64,000 bases of DNA from a virus (IMGVR_UViG_3300046671_000011:1-64000), one strand, 5' to 3'. Shown: positions 9,501 to 19,980, counted from the stretch's first letter. Numbers and translations: made by a program. Notes: a model not told the origin generated them from the letters alone.

Positions 9501-10089
9501 GTAATTCTCCTAAGTTATATTTTTCCACGAAAGGATGCTCGATTTTGGGCATCCAGGTTTCATCGCCAAACCAGTTAAGTTCATACTCTGCCAGATAACT
9601 GATTGCATTAACAGTTATATCCTTCGTCTGCTTTCGAGGAGCAGATGCAATCTCCTGATTAAGCGGAAGATAGTCTACACCCGTTCGTTCGCGGGCTTGA
9701 TCTCTTAGAGCTATAAACTCTCTGAAAGGAATTAGCCATGTTCTCCGTCGATAGGTAGGGTTAGTAGAGTTGACTCGCTCAGTTCCCATTACTAGGAAAA
9801 TCCAAGCAGTCCCATTGGTCTTCGCTTCCCACTGTTCGAGGAAGACAATCTGTTCGTCACGGAGTTCCTTCCATCGGAAATCATTTTCTCCGCCCTTCAT
9901 CTCTACCATCGTGGCAACTGCGCCGTTAGGCGTGTTGATAGCAGCAAAGTAATCGGCAATTCCAGTTGCTTTCGGGTGAACCTTTGAATGACACCTTAAG
10001 CAAATGACTACATCCTCATTCTTAGTTGCCCATCCCCATAAGGATAAGGTTCTATAGCATTGACCCTGGTTGACTCGCTCATTACTCAT
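9451..10089 (-). CDS. RecU-like Holliday junction resolvase (PD-(D/E)xK)
   Basis: IADY...VEMK...LRDEQ motif set. Confidence 0.65.
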   Translation of the reverse strand: MSNERVNQGQCYRTLSLWGWATKNEDVVICLRCHSKVHPKATGIADYFAAINTPNGAVATMVEMKGGENDFRWKELRDEQIVFLEQWEAKTNGTAWIFLVMGTERVNSTNPTYRRRTWLIPFREFIALRDQARERTGVDYLPLNQEIASAPRKQTKDITVNAISYLAEYELNWFGDETWMPKIEHPFVEKYNLGELHDELNRIKQPELFETS

Positions 10090-10513
10090 TAACGCTCTCC
10101 CAATCAGGAACCCCGTTTACAACCTCGATAGAATAAGGCCAATCACTAACCTCTAGACTCATAAGCTCTATCACGAAGTTAATTCCTTCTTCAGTAGGTA
10201 TAAAACTTCTTTCTGCTGAGGATAAAGGATTACCTCTTAGATAGACCAGACCTGCGCGGGCTAGTCTTTCAGCTATCCTATATACCTGGGTAGAAAACTC
10301 TCGAACAGTCCCTAGCTTATTCTCTATGATGAACTTGTTGAGTAGGGAGTCTTCAGGGTTTTGATTACCCCATAGCATTGTGATAGTGATTGGATTTACT
10401 GCCGAGGGGATTGATGCCTGTGGGATCCCTTCTTGCCGGACACGTTCCCACTCACTCCAATTATGAGTGACGCATACATACAAAGTAGCTAGATCATAAC
10501 TATGTAGTCTCAT
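10082..10513 (-). CDS. hypothetical, possible winged-helix protein
   Basis: RLARAGLV...FIPTEEG wing-like segment. Confidence 0.45.
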   Translation of the reverse strand: MRLHSYDLATLYVCVTHNWSEWERVRQEGIPQASIPSAVNPITITMLWGNQNPEDSLLNKFIIENKLGTVREFSTQVYRIAERLARAGLVYLRGNPLSSAERSFIPTEEGINFVIELMSLEVSDWPYSIEVVNGVPDWESVNE

Positions 10514-11612
10514 GTTTAATTTTATCGCCTTCTAAGTTCAATACGTTCGGGATATTCGACGGATCGAAACCCGCCCTTCTAAGTTCTTCCTCATAGCAAT
10601 ACTTAAACAAGGGACATCTAACGTATATCGTACCTGTATGTGGCTTTAAGTCTCCCTTTTCATACTGTCCACTCTTTCTCTTATAGTATTCAGGGAGTAC
10701 AGTCTTTCCACATCTCCAGTCTGTCGGGATACCCTTCTTGGCAGGCCCATTTACACGTCGAACAGCTTCAGGATCGTCTTTAAGTTTCTGATACCAATCC
10801 TTATGCTCCTGTACGAGTTCATTAAAATCACCGCGCGGATAATAGACCGTGCCATTCCAGGTCGTTGGAAAATCATCACCAGCTACCTGTATAGGCTTAT
10901 TCTTCTCATCTATCAACCACCAACCATCTTCCTCGAAAGTCTCTGCTACTATCCAGACTTTGTGAGTAACCTGATCGGGATCGGTGTCGTTTAATGGATA
11001 GGTTGTGTAGATAAATCCAAACGAGGAGTGAAGAAGGTTCATATAGACAATAGTCTGGAGCATCTGCGTCCAAGACACACCGCCATTTCTCATTACTCCT
11101 GTCCTCTTTACCTCAACAGGATAAGTTTCCGTATCCTTATTCTCGAAGACTCTACGAAGGACAATATCAGGAGTACCCGCAAAATCGAACTCCTCTGCAT
11201 TCTGCCTATCTTCAAAGGCCGCTTCCCACTTGAAAGGCATCTTAAAGTGCAGATACCGATCATTCTCTTTCCTTACTCCCCATTCAATCGCCTCAGCAAC
11301 GCTCTCGCCACGTCGCATCCCATCATCAAACTTGATTGCCAGAGTAACCGGAATAGGTTCTTTCTCAGACTCAGGAAGATTTAATCTCTCGGCAGCGTGC
11401 TTTTTCGCACAATCAAAAGCCGAACTTGCCCGCATCTTCCCTTCACTCTTCCAATTAGCACTACTCTCAGTTATCCTTACTCGATCATCGTTGATCAGAT
11501 AAGCAGGCCATATCGCTTTTAGCCAGTCCCTTATCTTGCAGGCATTGAATAACGCCTTCTCCCATTCAACTTTCGTCATACCTAAAACTTTCTGTTTAAC
11601 ACTTACACACAT
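10500..11612 (-). CDS. Cas4-like / PD-(D/E)xK exonuclease
   Basis: RASSAFDC, GTPD, EVK, Q-x3-Y and C-terminal C...CPLFKYC Fe-S ligands; real start possibly 11579. Confidence 0.75.
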   Translation of the reverse strand: MCVSVKQKVLGMTKVEWEKALFNACKIRDWLKAIWPAYLINDDRVRITESSANWKSEGKMRASSAFDCAKKHAAERLNLPESEKEPIPVTLAIKFDDGMRRGESVAEAIEWGVRKENDRYLHFKMPFKWEAAFEDRQNAEEFDFAGTPDIVLRRVFENKDTETYPVEVKRTGVMRNGGVSWTQMLQTIVYMNLLHSSFGFIYTTYPLNDTDPDQVTHKVWIVAETFEEDGWWLIDEKNKPIQVAGDDFPTTWNGTVYYPRGDFNELVQEHKDWYQKLKDDPEAVRRVNGPAKKGIPTDWRCGKTVLPEYYKRKSGQYEKGDLKPHTGTIYVRCPLFKYCYEEELRRAGFDPSNIPNVLNLEGDKIKHETT

Positions 11613-11641
11613 TATATCATAGATTACAAATGTGGTATAAT
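11611..11641. promoter_or_regulatory. back-to-back extended -10 promoters at local strand switch
   Basis: TGATATAAT on - (11619-11611) and TGTGGTATAAT on + (11631-11641). Confidence 0.6.
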
Positions 11642-11658
11642 CTAGTCAGGAGAACAAA

Positions 11659-11898
11659 ATGATTAAAAAAGATTATCTTAAACACTTAGCAATGGAACTC
11701 TCTGGAGACCACCTCGTAGTCGTCTCTATGGATGTGATCGTTGGTCGGGTCTATCCAACCTCTAAGGAAACCTGTGTGGTTGCTATTGAACCTACCTTCA
11801 ATGAGGATAATGCCAAGATTATTGAGTTCGTCAATAATTGGATGCTTTCCCCAAAGCCAAGTCTTCCTCCTATAAGGTTGATTGCTTCTGATGCCTAG
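11659..11898 (+). CDS. hypothetical protein
   Basis: RBS AGGAG; first gene of a two-gene plus-strand island. Confidence 0.6.
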   Translation: MIKKDYLKHLAMELSGDHLVVVSMDVIVGRVYPTSKETCVVAIEPTFNEDNAKIIEFVNNWMLSPKPSLPPIRLIASDA

Positions 11899-12496
11899 AC
11901 CCGACTATATGCCGCGCTTGCCTGCGGTCATTGTTCAACCTGATCTCGCAGAAGACATTCCTTCCGAGGAATTAATGATTAGCCTGGATATCTCCCCTAA
12001 AGAATTTGGAGACTTTATCCAGGCTATGCGCTTAACTATCCTGATTAGTCAGGGATTAAGTATTACTGCTGCCTGCGAACAAATCGGACTATCACGTCGA
12101 TTAGTCTATGATGAGCATTGGCAACGATTGTTAGCAAAGGCACAAAGGATGGTGACAGGCCGTTTGATGGTCGGAGTCCGTAATGCCTCCAATGTGATCT
12201 TTGATAAGTGGCCCGCAATCGTTGAACGTCAGGCTCGAATAGCTCTACATGGTCTTGATAAAGATGCTACTGCTGCTGCTCAGTTCTTGTATGAAGCCTT
12301 TGTAGTTCCTTCTCAGGAAGTCTCTAAGGATGACAGTGAAGAACGGAACTATGCGCGGCAGGGACATAACTTTAATCCGATGCAAACCTTACTCGATAGT
12401 CTGAGTAAGGCTCAGAATACGACGATTAATATTTATCAGACGGAAGCTATTCCTGAGCCACCGATAGAGGGTCAGGTGATTGACTTGGGAGAATAG
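11882..12496 (+). CDS. HTH protein, candidate terminase small subunit
   Basis: HTH SITAACEQIGLSRRLVY, helical middle, C-terminal tail PIEGQVIDLGE; same strand as virion genes. Confidence 0.45.
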   Translation: MLLMPRPDYMPRLPAVIVQPDLAEDIPSEELMISLDISPKEFGDFIQAMRLTILISQGLSITAACEQIGLSRRLVYDEHWQRLLAKAQRMVTGRLMVGVRNASNVIFDKWPAIVERQARIALHGLDKDATAAAQFLYEAFVVPSQEVSKDDSEERNYARQGHNFNPMQTLLDSLSKAQNTTINIYQTEAIPEPPIEGQVIDLGE

Positions 12497-12747
12497 TCTC
12501 TCTGATACTGGAGAGTGACTCCCATAGCCAACTTGATGTGTCCTCTATAGACATTAAACCCTGTGCTTCCCCTTGTAAGTCATAGTAATAAGCTCGAATA
12601 TCTAGTCGGTGATTTCCAAGAGGAGTCATCTCTATATATCTGATTTCGGGTATTCGATAGACAGCATTAGCAAATTCTTCTATTTGCTCTTCAGTCATTC
12701 CGATTAGATAGGGATCAATGTTGACTTCGAAGATAAACCCTACAAGT

Positions 12748-13059
12748 TTACTTAACATCTTCCTCGTCCTTGACTGAAAGATTAGCCTGACCGAGTTGGT
12801 AGACAAACGGTTTCTGAGTACGCTCAATCTTAACCACGTACTCTTCAATATCTTCCCAATTCATGTTATTGCCTAGCCAATCAGTAAGATAGTCTTTCTC
12901 GCGCAGGGCTTCTTCAAGTTCTTCTTCATAAGCTTGACGCTTACCTGCCTCAGTAAATTTATCTTGGTTGGAGTAGTATTTTGCCCGATCACTGGCGACT
13001 ACGAATGGGTTTAACCTGTAAAGTTCGCCATTTGAGAATTCTATATATATATACTGCAT
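12748..13059 (-). CDS. hypothetical protein
   Basis: 103-aa acidic ORF. Confidence 0.55.
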   Translation of the reverse strand: MQYIYIEFSNGELYRLNPFVVASDRAKYYSNQDKFTEAGKRQAYEEELEEALREKDYLTDWLGNNMNWEDIEEYVVKIERTQKPFVYQLGQANLSVKDEEDVK

Positions 13060-13301
13060 TATTCGATTCCTAGCTCTTTCTTGATTATCCCAATGTCTCC
13101 GCCTACTGGAATTATTGATTCGAAGGAAATCTCAAATTCAGCCTCTTCAGGCGAGATTTGGGAAAAACTGCACTGTAGATTATCTACGCCCCAAAGTCCT
13201 TTTATCTTATCCATAAGTTTTTCAACCTTACTCCGTTCTTCATTGGTAATGATTGAATACTCATAGATTGTCTTAACATCAAAATCAACGCTTGTGGTCA
13301 T
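13059..13301 (-). CDS. hypothetical protein
   Basis: 80-aa ORF with RBS GGAGA. Confidence 0.55.
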   Translation of the reverse strand: MTTSVDFDVKTIYEYSIITNEERSKVEKLMDKIKGLWGVDNLQCSFSQISPEEAEFEISFESIIPVGGDIGIIKKELGIE

Positions 13302-13313
13302 TTTCTCTCCAAT

Positions 13314-13336
13314 AAAAAGGGAAGCGCAGGCTTCCC
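13314..13336 (-). terminator. intrinsic terminator after ro60
   Basis: GGGAAGC-CTGC-GCTTCCC followed by TTTTT. Confidence 0.75.
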
Positions 13337-13343
13337 CCTCTAA

Positions 13344-14909
13344 TTACTTTAAGAACTCGCTGATCAGTGCAGGAGTATTCGTATCGAACCCTACAATATT
13401 GAGCGTACCCAAATCTTTGGGATCCCCAATACTAAACCCTGTACTTGTCATTCCGACTACGATCAACTTCGCATTGATACCCGTCTTCTTACGGTAGTTA
13501 GCCAGAGCAACTTCAGGAGCCGTTCCCGAATTGGTCTCATTATCCGTATAGATAATGAAGGCGTCATACAGTCCCCCTGTTCGAAGGGCAAACTCGATTG
13601 CCGCCGCACAATTGGTGCTGCCAAAGTTACTCATCTGGACTTTTGCCATCGCCTGCTGTAGTGAGTCTCCCCGACCAATCCTAAGCTGAACAACTTGCTT
13701 TGAAAAGCCGACAATATTATAGTCTTTCTCTACACGAGCCGTGACCATACTCATACAGGCAGTACCCTGTGCAGGCGTAAACCCTGGAATTCCGGCAATC
13801 TCACCCGCTCCCATAGAGCCAGAGACATCAAGTCCCATCAGAATACGCTTACCTGTTGGCTGTACGTACTTGAATGATGAGAAGTAAGCCTGTTCGAGAG
13901 CGTCAATTATACGTGGGTTAACTTCCCATTCGCCGTGACCATAGTTCCCGTGTCCTGCCCCGTAAGTAATAGAAGCGGCTAAGATAGCAATCGGATGAAT
14001 TCGGGCCTTCTCAATCTTCTTTTCATCCTCGATAGTATTCACCACAAAGCGCGACTCTTCACTACCCATACCTAGTAAACCTGACTTGCTCATATTACCC
14101 AGGTTACGGATAATGGCGGTTAAGCCCATATTAGGCAGTAAAGCCTTCTGTACCTCGACAGAGTTTAAGAACTGAGTAGGAATAGCTTCACGAGGAAGCT
14201 GATACTCGGTTGCCAGTTGAGCGACTTCATGGGCATATTCCCGGCGCTTAGCAAACTCAAAGCCCAGGATAACCTTTGCGTCTTCCGAGATCCCATCAAT
14301 ACCACCTTTAGTTATCCAGTGGTAGACAGCTTGTCTTTCTGTCGAGGTGGGAATAGGATGTGAGAGCCGCAGCAAATCGCGGTGTGACCAGCCATCGCGT
14401 GACTGATATTTAACTACTTGGTAAGCGACATCACGGATAGATTTCTGATCATACCAGTTAGCTACCGCCCGACGCAGACCACGCCCCCAACCCCGCATAC
14501 TGTCGATGTAGGCTGCAAAGTGAAAGAGGTGAGTCCCAATACGGCAAACCTTCGGCAGTGCCTTCTCTGCATAAATACGTGAATATGCTCCTGGATGAGA
14601 GAATGCGATTGCTAAAGCCAGAATAGCAGGCTCATTCTTAGGAGCACGACCACTATCACTGATCTCAACAATTGTGCGAACTGTACGTTCAGGATCTTCG
14701 TTCAAACAGCGCCAAACGACTTTAGCAGCATCTACAGTCAACTTCTGCTCAGAGACATAGTAGGTTCCGCCTTCGCTGCCGAGGATTAAAAAGCGCTCAA
14801 GATATTTCCAGTCATCAATCTTGAAAGCTTCCCCGCCACCATTGTTAGGAACCTTGTTGGATGCAATCGAGGGCTTCTTGTTGAGGCCCAATGCTTTATT
14901 GTAGGTCAT
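13344..14909 (-). CDS. rsr: Ro60/Rsr RNA-binding protein (TROVE + vWA)
   Basis: RFLILGSEGGTY, GWSHRDLLRLSHP, LPREA, IRNLG, ARIHP, vWA MIDAS LDVSGSM and YTDNE; start MTYNK at 14909 follows RBS GGAAGG (track starts at 14933). Confidence 0.95.
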   Translation of the reverse strand: MTYNKALGLNKKPSIASNKVPNNGGGEAFKIDDWKYLERFLILGSEGGTYYVSEQKLTVDAAKVVWRCLNEDPERTVRTIVEISDSGRAPKNEPAILALAIAFSHPGAYSRIYAEKALPKVCRIGTHLFHFAAYIDSMRGWGRGLRRAVANWYDQKSIRDVAYQVVKYQSRDGWSHRDLLRLSHPIPTSTERQAVYHWITKGGIDGISEDAKVILGFEFAKRREYAHEVAQLATEYQLPREAIPTQFLNSVEVQKALLPNMGLTAIIRNLGNMSKSGLLGMGSEESRFVVNTIEDEKKIEKARIHPIAILAASITYGAGHGNYGHGEWEVNPRIIDALEQAYFSSFKYVQPTGKRILMGLDVSGSMGAGEIAGIPGFTPAQGTACMSMVTARVEKDYNIVGFSKQVVQLRIGRGDSLQQAMAKVQMSNFGSTNCAAAIEFALRTGGLYDAFIIYTDNETNSGTAPEVALANYRKKTGINAKLIVVGMTSTGFSIGDPKDLGTLNIVGFDTNTPALISEFLK

Positions 14910-14938
14910 TATTATTTTCCTTCCCGTGAACACACGGA

Positions 14939-15325
14939 TTAGTAAGCTAAACTAAACTCAAAAACGTAACCTGCCCATTTACCCTTATCATGGTCAATCA
15001 TACACCAAGCATAAGAATAACCGTTGATCTTTTCGATTGATCGAACTTCAACTTTGTCTCCTGGATTTAACCAGAAAAGGACTTCTTTGAGGTTCTGATC
15101 AAAGTAAACCTTCGTTTGTACAGTCGCAGTTGCCTTTATTTTCAGGCTATTTGCATAGACGCTCACAATTGCGCCTTTTGATAGCCAAGAATCTTTAGGC
15201 TTCTCTACATATTCAAGCTGAAGATACTTACCCTCATTGCTTGAATAGCTGTTAGTAATCTTTACCTTGTGATTATCTCCCCATCGGACTATGCGGTTAA
15301 GCAAAGGATGATCATAGTTTGGCAT
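14939..15325 (-). CDS. hypothetical, SH3-like C-terminus
   Basis: LNPGDKVEV...WAGYV pattern. Confidence 0.5.
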   Translation of the reverse strand: MPNYDHPLLNRIVRWGDNHKVKITNSYSSNEGKYLQLEYVEKPKDSWLSKGAIVSVYANSLKIKATATVQTKVYFDQNLKEVLFWLNPGDKVEVRSIEKINGYSYAWCMIDHDKGKWAGYVFEFSLAY

Positions 15326-15569
15326 AGGTCATAAACTCCTTTACATAGCCCATCACGGTAATCCCGCGCTTGGTCTCATAAACTATGTGCAAAACCCGAT
15401 CAAGGTCTGCCATGACTACAAGCTCGGCATCACGGGGAGCAACGACAACTACATTATCTTCATCGACAATTGAACACTCAGGAGAACTGTAGATTACACA
15501 TTCATCCAGAGCATATACTCTCTCGCCACTCTTATACATTTCTCTCCTTTTTTTCTTATGCGGGTTCAA
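15312..15569 (-). CDS. hypothetical, SH3-like
   Basis: beta-rich 85 aa ending MGYV. Confidence 0.45.
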   Translation of the reverse strand: MNPHKKKRREMYKSGERVYALDECVIYSSPECSIVDEDNVVVVAPRDAELVVMADLDRVLHIVYETKRGITVMGYVKEFMTYAKL

Positions 15570-15951
15570 TCCAATGCCAGGTGTCCGGCTCTGGTTCTGC
15601 CGAATAACGAATCTGATTAACCCATCGCATACCTTGAGAACTATTCAGGAATGCCTGTAGGGAGACAACCCCCATTGTAGAATTGTGAATCTCTACAATT
15701 ATCGCAGGCAAATGCTGTCCACGATCATAAGCACCACCAGACACATAATGCACCATGCGTCCTGGCGTTAAACCCTTCATGCTCACGTTCTCAGGAGCAG
15801 TCGGATTAAATACCTCGACAGGTTTTGAAAGATCGACTAATACCTGACTGTCAGGGATAATCGTAGTCTCTTCAGACGGAGGGGCTTGATCATCAGGATA
15901 ATCCTGCATTTCCGGTGTCGCTCCGGCGTTCTTCACACGCTTTAATGCCAT
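15556..15951 (-). CDS. conserved phage hypothetical protein
   Basis: PGRMVHYV...PAIIV...TWHW pattern common in phage proteins. Confidence 0.6.
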   Translation of the reverse strand: MALKRVKNAGATPEMQDYPDDQAPPSEETTIIPDSQVLVDLSKPVEVFNPTAPENVSMKGLTPGRMVHYVSGGAYDRGQHLPAIIVEIHNSTMGVVSLQAFLNSSQGMRWVNQIRYSAEPEPDTWHWIEPA

Positions 15952-15960
15952 TTTAGGTTC

Positions 15961-17991
15961 CTATACCTTACACAAACTATATCCACAAGATGTACAAGTC
16001 TCACATCCTTCAGCCATAATGAGTATCTCTCCACAATCAGGACACTTATCTTCCTTTATGATAGGCGTAAGTACCTGCTCACTTCGGCTTTGATCACGAT
16101 AGACCGTGCCACCTTTGCATCCTGCATTATACATGGTAATGTACAACTGTGCAACATCTTCTATTGTAGCTGTCGAGGGAAGGTTAACGGTTTTGGATAT
16201 ACTTGAGTCTACCCACTTCTGGATAGCTGCCTGAACTTTAACGTGCTCTTCAGGGGTAATTGTCTGTGCAGTTACGAAGTAATCAGGCAAGGCATAATTC
16301 GCGCTTTCTGGAAACTTCTGGATATAGTCATCAAGAACCTTAACATGCTCAAGATGCAATCCTAGCCGTGATTGGCGGGTATACCCGAACGCAAAAAAGG
16401 GTTCGATACCTGTAGAGGTTCCTACCATAGTTCCTATAGTTCCATTAGGAGCCTGCGTTAGCAGGGTAACATTTCGGAGACCTTTTTTGACCTTTTTACT
16501 AAGGTCAGCATGTTGCTGTAGGAAGCCACTCTTGAGGATTTTCGATTGATCGAACTCTGGAAACAGACCCTTTTCTTCTGCTAATTTAGTGCTAGTATCA
16601 TAAGCATTATTGGCAATCTCTCGGTAAAGAGTATCAATGAATTCAATACTCTCGTCCGACCCATAGCGGATACCTAATTGGATAAGCATATCAGCTAATC
16701 CCATTGTATTTAACCCGATCCGGCGCTCTTTTAGCTGCTGGTCGCGGTTTTGCTGTAGGGTGTAGGGATTGATGTCGATAATATTGTCAAGGAATCGGAT
16801 TGAAAGGCGGACAGTATGTTCAAGTTCTACCCAATCAACTTCTCCATCTTTTACAAACTTCGCAAGATTTATGGCTCCGAGGTTGCACACTCCCCACCCA
16901 GGTAAACTTTGCTCCCCACACGGATTGGTTGCGATTAAGCGGTCAAAGTAATAAGAATTACTCATTTCGTTAGCTTTATCTATAAACCAGATGCCGGGTT
17001 CGGCAGATGCCCAAGCACTCTCGGTTATCTGGTTCCATATCTCTCGCGCAGGCATACTCTTACTAGAAACTATCCTATGCATACTCCTCACCCATTTCCC
17101 GATATCCCCATCCCAATAGTTATCATAGTCTGGTTCTGTAGTATCAGGGAAGTAAAAGTGCCAAATAGTATCTTCCTCGACAGCTTTCATAAACTCATTA
17201 GAAAGTCCTACCGAGATGTTTGCATTTGTTAAATAGCCTGACTTTTTCTTGGCGTTAATAAACTCTATTAAGTCTGGATGCCAGTCTTCTAGGATAAGCA
17301 TCAAGGCTCCGCGACGTGACCCGCCTTGTTCGATGAGACCTGTTGTATTGCTATAGATAGATCCCCAAGAGACGGCTCCTGAGCTTCTACCATTTACTCC
17401 TCTGACAATTGACTGTCGAGGACGAAGAGTAGACAGATTAATCCCGACTCCACCACCTCTAGACATAATCTCAGTCATCTGACCTAAAGTTTCCAAGATA
17501 CCTAGACGGCTATCTTTTGGAGAAGGAAGTACATAGCAATTGTAAGCACTTAAGACTTGACCACTACCCACTTGGGCCATAATGCGACCCGCAGGCACGA
17601 ACTTCCAATCCTTTAAGATTTTATAGAACTCTACTTCATACTTTCTCATAAGAGCTAGAGAATTCTCAGCGACAGATGCTCCGGCAGCGACTCGATGCCA
17701 AATATGTTCAGGAGACCACTCAATCGGACGGTCACAACTCTCGATAGGAAGAGTAATCTCCTCTAAGTTAGTACCCCATAGAGTACAAGTAACATTCGAT
17801 CCGTCGAAATCGGTGACGGTTCCAAGTTCACGTTGATTGCTATCTGGATTGATAAGGCATATCGCAATATCTCCAGGAACAAAAGACCGCGTTAAGTCCT
17901 TGAGACTATAGCGGTCTAACATTATTTTATATCCGAGGATAGAAAGACCATGTGTATTACCCGTTTGGATAAACTCGGTGTCGGGGATCAT
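15961..17991 (-). CDS. nrdJ: class II (B12-dependent) ribonucleotide reductase
   Basis: PAGRI, NCYV, RGGGVG, RRGALM, TNPCGEQ, CNLGAINL, APNGT, DSSISKT and C-terminal CPDC...CTSC; no beta subunit gene nearby. Confidence 0.93.
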   Translation of the reverse strand: MIPDTEFIQTGNTHGLSILGYKIMLDRYSLKDLTRSFVPGDIAICLINPDSNQRELGTVTDFDGSNVTCTLWGTNLEEITLPIESCDRPIEWSPEHIWHRVAAGASVAENSLALMRKYEVEFYKILKDWKFVPAGRIMAQVGSGQVLSAYNCYVLPSPKDSRLGILETLGQMTEIMSRGGGVGINLSTLRPRQSIVRGVNGRSSGAVSWGSIYSNTTGLIEQGGSRRGALMLILEDWHPDLIEFINAKKKSGYLTNANISVGLSNEFMKAVEEDTIWHFYFPDTTEPDYDNYWDGDIGKWVRSMHRIVSSKSMPAREIWNQITESAWASAEPGIWFIDKANEMSNSYYFDRLIATNPCGEQSLPGWGVCNLGAINLAKFVKDGEVDWVELEHTVRLSIRFLDNIIDINPYTLQQNRDQQLKERRIGLNTMGLADMLIQLGIRYGSDESIEFIDTLYREIANNAYDTSTKLAEEKGLFPEFDQSKILKSGFLQQHADLSKKVKKGLRNVTLLTQAPNGTIGTMVGTSTGIEPFFAFGYTRQSRLGLHLEHVKVLDDYIQKFPESANYALPDYFVTAQTITPEEHVKVQAAIQKWVDSSISKTVNLPSTATIEDVAQLYITMYNAGCKGGTVYRDQSRSEQVLTPIIKEDKCPDCGEILIMAEGCETCTSCGYSLCKV

Positions 17992-18074
17992 TATGTAATT
18001 AACCTTTCAGGGAAAAACGATAGTCTTGATTCTACATCAAAACCGCTAAAGAGGACGAGACAACATGTTAAGGT

Positions 18075-18302
18075 TTACTCATCAACTACCTTTATAAGAG
18101 TCTCTATGGAAAAGACAATCTCCTGAAGTGGACGGAAACCGACGATTGCATGGGTAATATGCCCGCCCTCACCATAAACTCGTAAAACTGTCCCTACATC
18201 ATAAAGTCGAGGAAGGCTAACATAGAAGGATATATAGTAAGCAGGAATACTCTCGATAGCCTTCTGATCAATAATTACTACATCCATAGGTTTAATATTC
18301 AT
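18075..18302 (-). CDS. hypothetical protein
   Basis: 75-aa ORF coupled to the upstream gene. Confidence 0.5.
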   Translation of the reverse strand: MNIKPMDVVIIDQKAIESIPAYYISFYVSLPRLYDVGTVLRVYGEGGHITHAIVGFRPLQEIVFSIETLIKVVDE

Positions 18303-18631
18303 AGCCAGTAATCATCCTTTAGACTCTTGAGAGCCTTAATTTCTTCTACATCTTGATCGTTCAGTAAGAACCATTCGTTTTTAACAAGCTTATCTTTATA
18401 TCGAGTGTGTAAAGCCGCCTCTGCCCGCTCATATCCTGAACAGGGTATATGATGGAGTAAGACAGCCTCAAATGGTAAAGTTCGATAGATCGAATTGAAG
18501 CGGGTATATACATCCCTCGAACAGCCAATCTTATAGTATTTGTCAGCCTTAATCAGATAGACACCTGAAGCCGTCGCAGTTGGATACTGTCGAGGAGGTT
18601 GATCGCTAAAGATTTGATAGAGATTGATCAT
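18299..18631 (-). CDS. GIY-YIG (T5orf172/MUG113-like) nuclease domain
   Basis: GVYLI...YKIGCS...R...E..LH...KNEWF. Confidence 0.85.
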   Translation of the reverse strand: MINLYQIFSDQPPRQYPTATASGVYLIKADKYYKIGCSRDVYTRFNSIYRTLPFEAVLLHHIPCSGYERAEAALHTRYKDKLVKNEWFLLNDQDVEEIKALKSLKDDYWL

Positions 18632-18933
18632 TTATCTCTGCGTAATTCTACGAATTTCTCGAACTCTTCATCACTGAGATTGATGTATTCATCTTTAGCT
18701 ACAAAGTCAGGTATATCTACTGGATATCTGACATTAATACCTACCTCCATAAGCTTTGTATATCTTGTCCAAGTCTTTAGGTTTGCTTTAGCCTCAGCAA
18801 TAGCAAAAGGATTATCAAGGTTCTTGACTAAATAGATATAAGCCTCAAGATATCTATCCCGCTCAAATTGGACAGCACTTAACATCTCATAGACATCCAT
18901 TATTTTAGTAGCTCCTGTAGCTCTTCTATACAT
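18628..18933 (-). CDS. hypothetical protein
   Basis: 101-aa ORF. Confidence 0.5.
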   Translation of the reverse strand: MYRRATGATKIMDVYEMLSAVQFERDRYLEAYIYLVKNLDNPFAIAEAKANLKTWTRYTKLMEVGINVRYPVDIPDFVAKDEYINLSDEEFEKFVELRRDK

Positions 18934-19316
18934 AAACGGTGATGCTCAACAAGCGCGTGCCATTTCGACAGATCGAATACTCCCTGACTATCAGGGTTCT
19001 CGGCAAGAAAACGGATATTACCCTCGACATATAGCAATGCTGTCTTATGCCCATCTATCCGATCCTGAATGGTATCATTCATCTGTCGAAAAGCAGTAAA
19101 TTTTCTTATGATCTCATCCTGTTGACCATCATAGTATTTACCAAAATAAGTAACAACCTCGACAGGCTTCTTATCTTTAATGCCAATGACGATATAAAAG
19201 CGATCATCTTGCCAATAAGATAACCAGGTTTGAAACTCGTCATTCTGCCAGTTTTCTAGAGATGAGTAATCATTTCTTAAGACTTCTTCACTAAGAGTTA
19301 AAGTGCTATACGTCAT
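18900..19316 (-). CDS. hypothetical protein
   Basis: 138-aa ORF. Confidence 0.5.
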   Translation of the reverse strand: MTYSTLTLSEEVLRNDYSSLENWQNDEFQTWLSYWQDDRFYIVIGIKDKKPVEVVTYFGKYYDGQQDEIIRKFTAFRQMNDTIQDRIDGHKTALLYVEGNIRFLAENPDSQGVFDLSKWHALVEHHRLCIEELQELLK

Positions 19317-19980
19317 CCTTAAACTCCCTAAAGCATAGCTTCCACATTACCCGCTCGCCATGTTGATCATATATAACGGGTTGAGTCTTAGCTACAATTC
19401 CTTCAGCTTCTACTTTACTCTGACTATCAAGTATTGCAGTCATAGAAAAAGGGATAATCTCATGCATAGCATCTTTAGTCTTAGGAATTTCTTGGATATA
19501 TCCAAGAAAAGGGACTTTTGGGATATGAAGCGAGTCGCAAATCTGCGTACAAGTGTCAGGACTCACCCATTTGGTTTCGATACCAAAGGCAATATCGAAG
19601 CAGCGAAATTTCTTTTCCTGTGAATAGGTCATTCCCATAGGCGACTGAATACTTCCACCATAACCTTCACCATAGAAGGTAATAGCCCAATCTTCTTCGC
19701 TCTGAAGGAAATCCGCACGAATTCTAGGCATTTCGGGTTCAAAGATACTATGAATATGGTCATTCAAGTCTTTAGGGATCTGAGCATTATCTCCACGTCC
19801 CTTAACATGAAGGACGCCTTTATAGTCAACCGTGACGCGCATATTCATGCCGTCAATCTTCTCGGTTATCTGCCAACGCTTAATAAGTTCCGTCTCTGGC
19901 AGGCGATTAATACCAAAGGCCAATAAGTTATTGCTTTTATCACGACTGAAGACAGTCTCGATAGATGGATATTTCTTCAT
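19306..19980 (-). CDS. RNA ligase, Rnl2-like nucleotidyltransferase
   Basis: Motif I TEKIDGMN, GR, III FYGEGYG, IIIa FRCFDI, IV EGIV, V MWK; N-terminal KYPSI. Confidence 0.85.
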   Translation of the reverse strand: MKKYPSIETVFSRDKSNNLLAFGINRLPETELIKRWQITEKIDGMNMRVTVDYKGVLHVKGRGDNAQIPKDLNDHIHSIFEPEMPRIRADFLQSEEDWAITFYGEGYGGSIQSPMGMTYSQEKKFRCFDIAFGIETKWVSPDTCTQICDSLHIPKVPFLGYIQEIPKTKDAMHEIIPFSMTAILDSQSKVEAEGIVAKTQPVIYDQHGERVMWKLCFREFKDDV

